Shown here in pieces: positions 54,986 through 63,364 of a stretch of 64,000 nt of DNA (the first letter of the stretch is position 1; every line of letters begins with the position of its first letter). The stretch is from Klebsiella pneumoniae. Its GTDB lineage: Bacteria > Pseudomonadota > Gammaproteobacteria > Pseudomonadales > UBA5518. The position numbers and the translations under genes were made by a program. The notes below the pieces were generated by a model that had not been told where the DNA came from, ran no database searches, and saw only the letters and a program-made list of their open reading frames with translations. Location of the stretch: positions 99,314 through 163,313 of the forward strand of contig CAMAXE010000005.1 of NCBI GenBank assembly GCA_945862145.1, given 5' to 3'.

Positions 54986-56965
54986 TTACACCAGAAGGAC
55001 GTTGACGATGGCGTTGCCGATGCCCACCAGTGCGGCACCCGAAATCAGGCCCGCGCAGATGGGCTCCATGCCATCGACCCACAGATCGTGCGCACGGCTG
55101 CCGGGCGCGGGATTGCGCCGGCCCATCAGCCAGAAAAACAGCGCGCCCAACCACATCGCAAACACCGACTCCGGCGGCAACACCACCCCGAGCCCCACGG
55201 ATACCGCGGAAAGCGGGAAAGCCCCTTTGGTGCGTAAACGCAGGAACTCGAACACCAGCGCCACGGCCGCCGCCAACGCCATCGAGATCACCGCGCTCGG
55301 GGGCAACTGCGACACGCCCTTGGCGATCAGGTCCGCCACACCCTTCCACTGCAGCGCGCTCGGCATGGCGAACTGATCGCTCACCAGCGTGCTCACCGAG
55401 CGATTGCCCGTAGCATCCTTCGGCAACAGCAGCAAGAAGAAAAGCGGCGTGGCAGCGAGCGAGCCGGCGATGATCCCGATCACATGGCCGATCGCCTGCT
55501 GGCGCGGCTTGGCGCCCAGCATGTAGCCCGGCTTGATGTCGGAGAGCAGGTTGGCCGCGTTAGAGGCGATTTCTGCAGTCATTCCAGCGGGAATCAGGTT
55601 GCTGGCGGGATTGACGCGGTCGATGGCACCGATGGAGAACTGCGTGATCTTGCTCAACGCGCCAGTGGGTGTCCACGAGGTGAGCGCCATGGAGTTGGTG
55701 CAAATGATCGTGAGCACGAAAATCAGCGGGAAGGAAATGAACGCGAGCAGCCAGGGCACGCCGAAGAAAAGGTGGGAGATGGTGGCACCTGCCACCATCA
55801 GCACCGGCACACCCACCCACGACACCATGAGTGGCAACTCGATGCCGGCCAGCACGTCGGGCCCTGCGACCGGACGCGGCGCGCGGCGCCCGAAAAGACC
55901 GCGGAAGATCTCGGGTTTGGCAAACAGCCCCGCCAGCGAACCCACCACCATCATCGTCACGGCCCACCACAGCGACCACTGATTGACGATCTCGCCACGC
56001 GACACAGGCACCAGCACACCCGCGGCGTTGGTGTAGGCATGGATCTCGCCGCGCTGGATCATGATCGGGGCCAACACGGCGAAATTGAGCAGCGCTCCGA
56101 GCATGCAGCTGGTGGCCACGCGCATGCCCATCAGGCCACCCACGCCGAGCATGGCCGTATCGAGCGTGAGCCGCAGTCCCAGCGTGCGGATGTCAGTGCC
56201 CAGGATCGTGGGGGTCCACCAGGTGAACCTGGCGGCGAGATCGTAGTAATAGGTGTCCAGCCGGTCCATCAGGTACCAAGGCTCCTTCATGCCGGCCCAG
56301 CCGTCCATGCGCAGCAGCTTGAACTGCAGGAGCCGCTGCCAGCCGTCGCTTACCAGAAACTGCCAAAGGGCCGAGGCGCCGCCGGCAACAGCAAGCAGCC
56401 GCGCCTTGAACATGCCGGTATCAGCATGGCCGTCATAGAGGGAATCCAGCACCACACCGCAGGCGCGGCCCTCGGGAAACGGAAGTTGATCGTCGTTGAT
56501 GAAGCGTCGCTTCAGCGGAAATGCCACCAGCACACCGAGCAGCGAGATGGTGGTTGACCACACCATCATCTGCCACCACGGGGGGATCACCCCGGTAACC
56601 AGCATGTAAGCCGCAAGGCTGGAGACCAGCGGGGTGATCATGTAGCCGGCCGCGGTGGCGATGGACTGGGTGCAGTTGTTCTCGAGGATGCTGAGATCAG
56701 TCACCAGCCCGGCGCTCGCCAGGGCGCGGAAAATCGCGAAGGCAAGGATCACCGAGGTAAGACCGACACCTATCGAAATGCCCGTCTTGGCGCCGATGTA
56801 CAACGCCGTGGCCGCAAGTATGCCGCCGAGCAGGAAACCGGTAAGTCCCGAGCGCAAGGTGAGCTGCGGCATGTCACCGCGATAGACATTGTCGAACCAC
56901 CACTGGTCCTTCTGCGCGCGGCTCCAGCTGCGGATCTCGTCGTCGGTGAGGCTCTTCAGCGCCAT
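54986..56965 (-). CDS. OPT-family oligopeptide transporter
   Basis: 659-aa polytopic protein. N-terminus 'QWWFDNVYRGDMPQLTLRSGLTGFLLGGIL' and overall architecture typical of the OPT superfamily. Confidence 0.9.
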   Translation of the reverse strand: MALKSLTDDEIRSWSRAQKDQWWFDNVYRGDMPQLTLRSGLTGFLLGGILAATALYIGAKTGISIGVGLTSVILAFAIFRALASAGLVTDLSILENNCTQSIATAAGYMITPLVSSLAAYMLVTGVIPPWWQMMVWSTTISLLGVLVAFPLKRRFINDDQLPFPEGRACGVVLDSLYDGHADTGMFKARLLAVAGGASALWQFLVSDGWQRLLQFKLLRMDGWAGMKEPWYLMDRLDTYYYDLAARFTWWTPTILGTDIRTLGLRLTLDTAMLGVGGLMGMRVATSCMLGALLNFAVLAPIMIQRGEIHAYTNAAGVLVPVSRGEIVNQWSLWWAVTMMVVGSLAGLFAKPEIFRGLFGRRAPRPVAGPDVLAGIELPLMVSWVGVPVLMVAGATISHLFFGVPWLLAFISFPLIFVLTIICTNSMALTSWTPTGALSKITQFSIGAIDRVNPASNLIPAGMTAEIASNAANLLSDIKPGYMLGAKPRQQAIGHVIGIIAGSLAATPLFFLLLLPKDATGNRSVSTLVSDQFAMPSALQWKGVADLIAKGVSQLPPSAVISMALAAAVALVFEFLRLRTKGAFPLSAVSVGLGVVLPPESVFAMWLGALFFWLMGRRNPAPGSRAHDLWVDGMEPICAGLISGAALVGIGNAIVNVLLV

Positions 56966-56987
56966 GCCATGGCTCCTGTGGTGTGGA

Positions 56988-58265
56988 TCAACGGACGCGG
57001 CGATCCTTCACCAGCTGGCCGCCCTTGATCACCACCGGAACGGACTCCAGCAGCGTTACATCAGCGGTGGGATCACCCTCGACTGCCACGATATCGGCGA
57101 AGCGCCCGGCCTCGAGCAGACCCACATCGCTCCGGCCCAGCGCTTCGGAGGCCACGATCGTGGCGGCTTGTATCGCCTCCACCGGTGTCATGCCGTAACG
57201 CACCATCCAGGCGAACTGCTTGCCGTTGTAGCCGTGCGGCGAGACGCCGGAATCGGTGCCAAAGACGATTTTCACGCCCGCCTTGTGGGCTTTACGGAAG
57301 CCCTCGCGCTGCGCCTCGGCCACTTCAAGGTCCTTGCGCATGTATTCCTCGAGAACGCCGTTCCTGCGACCCTCGGCCTGCGTGTACTCGGAGTTGTAGA
57401 TATCCATGCTGAGATAAGTGCCGCTCTTCTTCGCGAGCGCGATGCCCTCGTCGTCGACAAGGCTCGCGTGCTCGATGGTATCTATCCCTGCACGGATCGC
57501 GGCCTTGATGCCAGCCGCACCGTGCGCGTGCGCTGCCACCCGCAGGCCCTGCATATGCGCTTCCTCGGCCACGGCACGCATTTCCTCTTCGCTCATCTGC
57601 TGCTGGCCCACGCCGGTGTTGGACGAGAACACGCCGCCCGTGGCGCAGATCTTGATCACCTGCGCGCCGTATTTGCGCAATTCGCGCACGGTGTGACGCG
57701 CCTGGTCAGGGCTGTCGGAGTTGTAGGGCCACTTCTCGCCCATCGAGGGCGGGAACATGTTCTCGTCGCAGTGTCCGCCGGTAGAGCCGAAACTCCATGC
57801 GGCGGTGACGATCCGGGGCCCCGGCACCTTGCCGGCGTCTATGGCCTGTCGCAGGCCGATGTCATCCCAGAAACGCGAGCCCACGTTGCGCACGCTCGTG
57901 AAGCCCGCATCCAGCGTGGCGGCTGCGTTGGGCACCGAGATCACCGACCAGAAACGGTCGCTGAACTGCAGCCCCGTGTAGCCGCCGTAGCTGGGGTCTG
58001 AATCGAGGTGCACGTGCATATCGATCAGGCCGGGCAGAATCGTCATGCCGTCCAGACGGATCTCCTGCGCACCGGCGGCGGCGAGTGGGCGCTTGCCGGC
58101 CGAGCCCACCTCGACGATATGCCCGTCACGCACCAGCAGGACCGGGTCGGGAATGAACTTGCCGGTCCGCACATCGAGCAAGCGCGCGGCGCTCACGAGT
58201 GTGTCGGCGGCAAGTGTGGTGGCGCTCGCAGCGGCGAGCAGAAGTGCGGGGATCAGTCGGTGCAC
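56988..58265 (-). CDS. Periplasmic metal-dependent amidohydrolase (Xaa-Pro-dipeptidase-like)
   Basis: ORF 56988-58535. GTG 58265 lies 8 nt after GGAGG and gives the signal 'HRLIPALLLAAASATTLAA'; ATG 58310 is the alternative. 'PGLIDMHVHL', 'AAHAHG', 'DTIEHA', 'FGTDSG'. Confidence 0.85.
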   Translation of the reverse strand: MHRLIPALLLAAASATTLAADTLVSAARLLDVRTGKFIPDPVLLVRDGHIVEVGSAGKRPLAAAGAQEIRLDGMTILPGLIDMHVHLDSDPSYGGYTGLQFSDRFWSVISVPNAAATLDAGFTSVRNVGSRFWDDIGLRQAIDAGKVPGPRIVTAAWSFGSTGGHCDENMFPPSMGEKWPYNSDSPDQARHTVRELRKYGAQVIKICATGGVFSSNTGVGQQQMSEEEMRAVAEEAHMQGLRVAAHAHGAAGIKAAIRAGIDTIEHASLVDDEGIALAKKSGTYLSMDIYNSEYTQAEGRRNGVLEEYMRKDLEVAEAQREGFRKAHKAGVKIVFGTDSGVSPHGYNGKQFAWMVRYGMTPVEAIQAATIVASEALGRSDVGLLEAGRFADIVAVEGDPTADVTLLESVPVVIKGGQLVKDRRVR

Positions 58266-58360
58266 GGGCGAGGCCTCCGGGACGGTGGGCGCAAAGGTAT
58301 CACGCGTCATCCCCGAGATCGCGCGCTTCCGGAGACGGTCTGGGTAAGCCGCGTGTTCCG

Positions 58361-58437
58361 GTCGGGGGCATGGCCCCCTCCTACACGAAACAGCGCAGAG
58401 GTCCGCCCCCGGTAGGAGCGGGCCATGCCCGCGACCA
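58361..58437. repeat. REP-like hairpin pair in head-to-head orientation (REPIN-like doublet)
   Basis: GGGGGC-ATG-GCCCCC-TCCTACA at 58364-58385, a 26-nt spacer, then GTAGGA-GCGGGC-CAT-GCCCGC-GACC at 58412-58436. Same family as 26546-26599. Confidence 0.6.
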
Positions 58438-58465
58438 TCAGTGGCCTGACGCAGGCGCTGGCCGA

Positions 58466-59809
58466 TCAGAGCTCGAGGTACGCGTCGTACTCGAGCGTGG
58501 AGACACGGGAGTTGAATTCCTCGAGTTCCTGCCACTTCGACATGAGGAGCACACGGCGCATTTCCTCGCCGATGTACTCCCCCACGAAGGCCGAGCCCTC
58601 GAGCGCACGCAGCGCGTCTGGCCAGAAGCGCGGCAGAGTGTGCGGGTAGTGCGAGTAGGCGTCACCTTCCGTGGGCGCAGGCGCCGTCATCCGGCGCTCG
58701 ATGCCCATCAGAGCGCCGGCGAGAATTCCCGCCACTGCAAGGTAGGGGTTGGAGTCGGCGCCGGAAACCCGGTGCTCGAGGCGGATGGCCTTGCGCGAGC
58801 CGCCCGGGATTCGCACGGAGCAGGTGCGGTTCTCGTAGCCCCAGCACGGCGCATGCGGTGCGTGCGAGCCGAGCCGAAAGCGGCGGAAGGAGTTCAGGTT
58901 GGGCGCGAAGAGCGCCATCGATTCGGCCATGGTGGCAAGGCAGCCGGCCACCGCGTGACGCAGCATCGCGGAGCCTTCATCGGTACCGTTGTCGAAGACG
59001 TTGTTGCCCTCGGCGTCGAGCAGGCTGAAGTGCACGTGCATGCCGTTGCCCGCGGAGTCCCCGAAGGGCTTGGCCATGAACGTGGCATGCCGGCCGTGCT
59101 GGCGCGACACGCCCTTGATGGCGCGCTTCAGCATCATCGCCTGGTCGCAGGCGAGCACCGCATCGGGCTGGTGGTAGAGGTTGATCTCGTACTGCGAGGG
59201 TGCGTTCTCGGTGATGAGCGTATCGACCGGGATGCGCTGCGCGATGCAAGCTTCGCGGATGCCATGCATCAGCGGGGCCACGTCCTGCATGGCCTCGATG
59301 CCGTAGGTCTGGCCACCGACCATCGCGCGCCCGCCGGGTGCGACCTGGCTGTGGCGGGGTGAACCGTCGGCGTTGCGCTCGCGCTCGAAGAGATAGAACT
59401 CGAGTTCGGTGGCCACCACCGGTGTCAGGCCCAGCGCGGCAAAGCGCTTCACCACGTTCGCGAGGACCGTGCGCGGATCGCCCGCATAGGGGGTGGCGTG
59501 CACGGTACCCATCTGCACCATCACCTGACCGGTGGGGTGATCGAGCCATGGCACCGGCGCGAGCGAGGCGGCATCCGGCAGGCAGATGCCATCGGCGTCA
59601 CCGTCGTCGAACACCGTGGCCATGATGTCGCGGCCCCAGATATCGAAGGCCACCGTGGACACCGGCAGCTTGTAGCCGTGCTCGAAGACTTTGATGAGGT
59701 TGTCGCGGCTCACCCATTTTCCGCGCCACTGCCCGTTGATGTCGGGCAACAGGACCTCGAAGGTCTCAAGCGTGGGATGCGCCGCCAGGAAAGTCTCGAG
59801 TTCAGTCAT
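58466..59809 (-). CDS. Glutamine-synthetase-family gamma-glutamylpolyamine synthetase (PuuA/SpuB-like)
   Basis: 'KPFGDSAGNGMHVHFSL' and 'NRTCSVRIP' GS catalytic motifs. 447 aa. Lies next to PuuD-like and SpuC-like genes. Confidence 0.85.
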   Translation of the reverse strand: MTELETFLAAHPTLETFEVLLPDINGQWRGKWVSRDNLIKVFEHGYKLPVSTVAFDIWGRDIMATVFDDGDADGICLPDAASLAPVPWLDHPTGQVMVQMGTVHATPYAGDPRTVLANVVKRFAALGLTPVVATELEFYLFERERNADGSPRHSQVAPGGRAMVGGQTYGIEAMQDVAPLMHGIREACIAQRIPVDTLITENAPSQYEINLYHQPDAVLACDQAMMLKRAIKGVSRQHGRHATFMAKPFGDSAGNGMHVHFSLLDAEGNNVFDNGTDEGSAMLRHAVAGCLATMAESMALFAPNLNSFRRFRLGSHAPHAPCWGYENRTCSVRIPGGSRKAIRLEHRVSGADSNPYLAVAGILAGALMGIERRMTAPAPTEGDAYSHYPHTLPRFWPDALRALEGSAFVGEYIGEEMRRVLLMSKWQELEEFNSRVSTLEYDAYLEL

Positions 59810-59844
59810 GTTCGCTCACGCATCCCGCAAAGATCAGCCTCGGT

Positions 59845-59907
59845 GGGAATAAATGGGGTCAGACCCCATTTATCAGGAGTAAATGGGGTCTGACCCCATT
59901 TATTCCC
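59845..59907. repeat. Perfect 63-bp nested palindrome (two 28-nt arms, each containing its own AAATGGGGTC-N-GACCCCATTT hairpin)
   Basis: GGGAATAAATGGGGTCAGACCCCATTTA (59845-59872), spacer tcaggag, then TAAATGGGGTCTGACCCCATTTATTCCC (59880-59907). Located between the TonB-receptor stop and the PuuA-like start. Possible bidirectional terminator or operator. Confidence 0.75.
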
Positions 59908-59921
59908 GACCCCGGTTTCTC

Positions 59922-62255
59922 TCAGAACTTCATCGTGGCGCTGACACCGAAGCTGCGCGGCTTGGCGGGCCACACCAGGGTGTTGGTGATGCCGTAGCCG
60001 TACTCGCCTGCCGCATCGGCGTTAGCCCAACCGCGCTCGAAATGCTCCTCGTCGAAGGCATTCTGGACATAGGCGCTCACGCTCCACGTCTCGGCATCGT
60101 AACCGGCACGGAAGTTCCACTCGTCCCATTCGTTCACCGCGATGGTGCTGATGTTGTCGAGATCACTGAACATCCGGTCCTGATAGTGGTACTCGGCCTT
60201 GGCGTAGAGCTCGCCGCCGGCAAGCTCGGTGTACCACTTGAGGTGCACCGTGCCACTTGCATCAGGCGCGAAAGGCAGACGGTTGCCGCCGCAATCGGTG
60301 CTGCAGACGCCGATATCCACCATGTCCGCGGCATCGGTTATCTCGGAGTCCATCACCGAGGCCGCTACGAAGAGATCCCAGTGCTCGCCGATCAGCCAGT
60401 GGGCGTCGAGCTCGAGGCCCTGATTCTCCGCCTCGCCGAGATTCTGCACCTGCGAGGAACCCTGATCGAAGTACAGGAGCTGCAGGTCCTCGTAGGTGTA
60501 GAAGAAATACGAGGCGTTCAGCTGCAGCGTGTCATCGAGCAGGCGGGATTTCATACCCACCTCGTAACTGGTGGAGGTCTCGGGATCAAAGGAGATGGGC
60601 TTGCTGTCGGCCGATGCCTGCCCGCTCGGCGAGACCGAGGGCGTGCTGATGCCGAAGGTGCCGTAGCCACCCGACTTGTAACCACTGGACACGTTGCCGT
60701 AGAACGAGATCGACTCGTTCAGCGTGTAGTTCACGGCAAGGCGGGGCGTCAGTTCGCTCCAGTTCTCCTTGTCACCCACGTAGCCACGGGTATGGAACTC
60801 CCAGTTGAAGTTGTTGCCCAGCGCCCCGGGGCTTTTCGCGACGCGGGTGCGCATGTCTTTCTCGTCGTAGGTGAAACGCGCGCCCAAGGTGACGTCGAGC
60901 TGGTCAGTGATGGACCAGGTCACATCGCCGAAGACAGCGTAGCCGCGGCTTTCCATGTCGTTGTAGCTGTTCTCCGCGGTACGCCCGAGGATGCTGCCCG
61001 GGGCGAAGCTGTCGTCGGCGATGCCGTCGCCGTCCTCGTCGCCAAACCAGTAGAGCTCGAAGTTCGGATCCCTGCAGCCACCGGTTACCGGACCGGCGAA
61101 ATCACCGCTGTCGGTGCGGCCGAGAGCGTTGCAGAGATCGTTCTCGTTGTAGTCGTAGACGAACTTGCCATCGATGACTTCATCATAGACAGCAGCGCCC
61201 AGAAACCAGTTCACCGCGTCGCCGCTGAAGTTCAGCCGCACTTCCTGGCTGAAGTAGTCGATGTCGTTGTACTGCCCGTAGTGGTTGATGCGCTCGGGGC
61301 GTGCGTCGTAGTCCTCGAGGTAGTCGAACTTGTAGGTCTTGTAGCCGGTTATCGAGTGCAGCGAGTAGGCGTCGCTGATATCCCAGTCCAGCGTGGCGTT
61401 GATGTTCAGGATTTCGGAGCGGTCATAGCCTTTGTCGCCAAGGTCGGTGTCCACCTCGTCCTTGTCGAGGCCAAGCTGCGGATCCCAGTACACCGAGGCG
61501 TCCTGCTGGCGGTCCTCGTAGATCAGCTCGATCAGGCCCTTCACATCGTCGCCGACGTAGCCCAGTTGCTGGCGCGTCGAGTATTGCTTGTGGTACCCGA
61601 GATCATCGCCGCCGGCCAGGTTGTTCAGCCAGCCGTCATCGAGATTGGCGTAGACGTTGCCGCGGTAGGCCCACCCATTGCCGAGCGGGATGTTCACCAT
61701 GCCGTGCAGGTCGTAGTGGCCGTAGTTGCCAACGCCGGCGCTCACTTCGCCTTCGAATTCATCAATGGGTTTGTTCGAGATGATGCTCACTGCACCGGCG
61801 ATGGCGTTGCGCCCGAAGAGCGTGGCCTGCGGACCCTTGACCACCTCGACGCGCTCAATGTCATAGAAATTCATCTGCACGCCGCCGTTGCGACCCTGCC
61901 ACACGCCATCGAAGAAGATCGGGATCGAGGGGTCACCGCCGATGCCGAAGTCGTTGGTCACGATGCCGCGGATCGCTAGGGCATCGATGAAGCTGTCCTC
62001 GGTGCGCCCGGTGAAGCCGGGGGTGAGATCGACCAGGCCGCGGATATCACCGATGCGCGCCTCGGCGATGAATTTTCCGGTGAAGGCCGACACCGCCACC
62101 GGCACATCCTGCAGCGATTGCTCGCGCTTTTGCGCGGTGACCATGATCTCTTCGATTTGCGGCTGGGCCATCGAGGCGGCGGATCCCGAGAGCAGGATCG
62201 CTGCGATGGCGGCAGGCAACATGCGGCGGCAAGCCGGGCTGGACCGAGTGTTCAT
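59922..62255 (-). CDS. TonB-dependent outer-membrane receptor
   Basis: ORF 59922-62300. ATG 62255 lies 9 nt after AGGAG. Signal 'AAILLSGSAASMA', plug region 'EEIMVTAQKREQSLQDVPVAVSAF', beta-barrel repeats, C-terminal '...ATMKF'. Confidence 0.9.
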   Translation of the reverse strand: MNTRSSPACRRMLPAAIAAILLSGSAASMAQPQIEEIMVTAQKREQSLQDVPVAVSAFTGKFIAEARIGDIRGLVDLTPGFTGRTEDSFIDALAIRGIVTNDFGIGGDPSIPIFFDGVWQGRNGGVQMNFYDIERVEVVKGPQATLFGRNAIAGAVSIISNKPIDEFEGEVSAGVGNYGHYDLHGMVNIPLGNGWAYRGNVYANLDDGWLNNLAGGDDLGYHKQYSTRQQLGYVGDDVKGLIELIYEDRQQDASVYWDPQLGLDKDEVDTDLGDKGYDRSEILNINATLDWDISDAYSLHSITGYKTYKFDYLEDYDARPERINHYGQYNDIDYFSQEVRLNFSGDAVNWFLGAAVYDEVIDGKFVYDYNENDLCNALGRTDSGDFAGPVTGGCRDPNFELYWFGDEDGDGIADDSFAPGSILGRTAENSYNDMESRGYAVFGDVTWSITDQLDVTLGARFTYDEKDMRTRVAKSPGALGNNFNWEFHTRGYVGDKENWSELTPRLAVNYTLNESISFYGNVSSGYKSGGYGTFGISTPSVSPSGQASADSKPISFDPETSTSYEVGMKSRLLDDTLQLNASYFFYTYEDLQLLYFDQGSSQVQNLGEAENQGLELDAHWLIGEHWDLFVAASVMDSEITDAADMVDIGVCSTDCGGNRLPFAPDASGTVHLKWYTELAGGELYAKAEYHYQDRMFSDLDNISTIAVNEWDEWNFRAGYDAETWSVSAYVQNAFDEEHFERGWANADAAGEYGYGITNTLVWPAKPRSFGVSATMKF

Positions 62256-62406
62256 CAGTGGGCTCCTTTTAAAGCTGTTGTTGATCCAGACACACTGCAT
62301 CCGGGGGGTTTCAGGTCAGTTGCGCGACGCGCAGCGGCACGCATCAGACAAGGGTAAAAAGAGTCTTGTACTCAAATCCGCGAGACGAAACTCTGATGTT
62401 GGGTAC

Positions 62407-63201
62407 TTATACCGCCGCACGCGCCGCGTACCGTTTACGCACTGCCGCACCGAAGGCTGCAAACATGGCCACTGACAAAGCGTTCTCGCGGAACCGCCAC
62501 TCGGGGTGCCACTGGACCCCGAGCGCAAAGGCCCGGCTGTTCGCCACACTCACCGCCTCGATGAGGCCATCAGGGGCGCGGGCCTCGACCCGCAGGGCCG
62601 GCGCCAGCAGGTTTATGCCCTGCCCGTGCAGGGAATTGACGCGCGGGCGGCGGTCAGCGATCAACTCCGCCAGTATCCCGCCCTCCTCGACCAGGATCTC
62701 GTGAGCGAGGGCGTATTGCAGCTCGCGCGGATCGTTGTCGTCGTCGCGGTGATCGAGCATGCCGGGGACTTCATGGACCCGCTGGTGAAGGGTGCCGCCG
62801 AGAGCGACGTTCAGCTCCTGCAGGCCACGGCACACGCAGAACAACGGCACCCCGCACGCGATCGCCAGCCGCAGCAGCGGCAAGGTGGTGGCATCGCGCT
62901 GCGGGTCATGGAGGGTGCCGGGCGCGCTCGGCTCACCACCATAAAGACTCGGCTCCAGGTTCGAGGGGCTGCCGGTAAAGAACAACCCGTCCAGCGACAG
63001 CACCAGCCGCTCGGGATCCACGAGGCCGGCCAGCGCCCGCAGATCCCGGCCCTCGGCGAGCGTGGGCAGCAGCACCGGCATCACGCCCGCGCCGTGCGCC
63101 ACGGCGTCGATGTACTTTTCCCCCACGCCGTGGAACGGGTAGGGACCACGCTCGAAGGCGTCACAGGGAATTCCGACCACCGGCAGACCGAGTGCGTGCA
63201 T
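62407..63201 (-). CDS. Gamma-glutamyl-GABA hydrolase-like class I amidotransferase (PuuD/SpuA, peptidase C26)
   Basis: Nucleophile motif 'CVCRGLQELNVALGG' and 'LGVQWHPEW' His region. Confidence 0.85.
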   Translation of the reverse strand: MHALGLPVVGIPCDAFERGPYPFHGVGEKYIDAVAHGAGVMPVLLPTLAEGRDLRALAGLVDPERLVLSLDGLFFTGSPSNLEPSLYGGEPSAPGTLHDPQRDATTLPLLRLAIACGVPLFCVCRGLQELNVALGGTLHQRVHEVPGMLDHRDDDNDPRELQYALAHEILVEEGGILAELIADRRPRVNSLHGQGINLLAPALRVEARAPDGLIEAVSVANSRAFALGVQWHPEWRFRENALSVAMFAAFGAAVRKRYAARAAV

Positions 63202-63364
63202 GCGGATGCTCCGGATTACGGGCGCGTACCCCTCGGGGGGTAGCAGCGTTGACCACGCGATTGTAGAGGTCCCATTCTAGGGATCACCGGAGCATTTCCG
63301 ACATACCACCCGCGGGTTAGGCGCCATAGCTGCCGCGGTTCCCGATGTGCAGCAGGAACAAGCC

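Noticed and set aside
55484-59362. Three long plus-strand ORFs (55484-56557, 56889-58001, 58199-59362)
   Set aside because: Each is antisense to a well-supported gene (OPT transporter, amidohydrolase, GS-family synthetase). All are His/Arg/Gly/Ala-rich with no domains.
59883-61979. 698-aa plus-strand ORF starting at an ATG with an AGGAG 4 nt upstream, inside the 63-bp palindrome
   Set aside because: It is entirely antisense to the TonB-dependent receptor, which has plug, barrel and C-terminal Phe features. The translated sequence is Val/Asp/Ala/Gly-rich mirror-frame material. The SD-like sequence is simply the palindrome spacer.
62256-62270. B12-box-like GCCCACTG next to the TonB-receptor start, suggesting a cobalamin riboswitch
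   Set aside because: The sequence sits between the RBS and the ATG. The upstream 150 nt lack the other conserved cobalamin-riboswitch elements and are comparatively A/T-rich.
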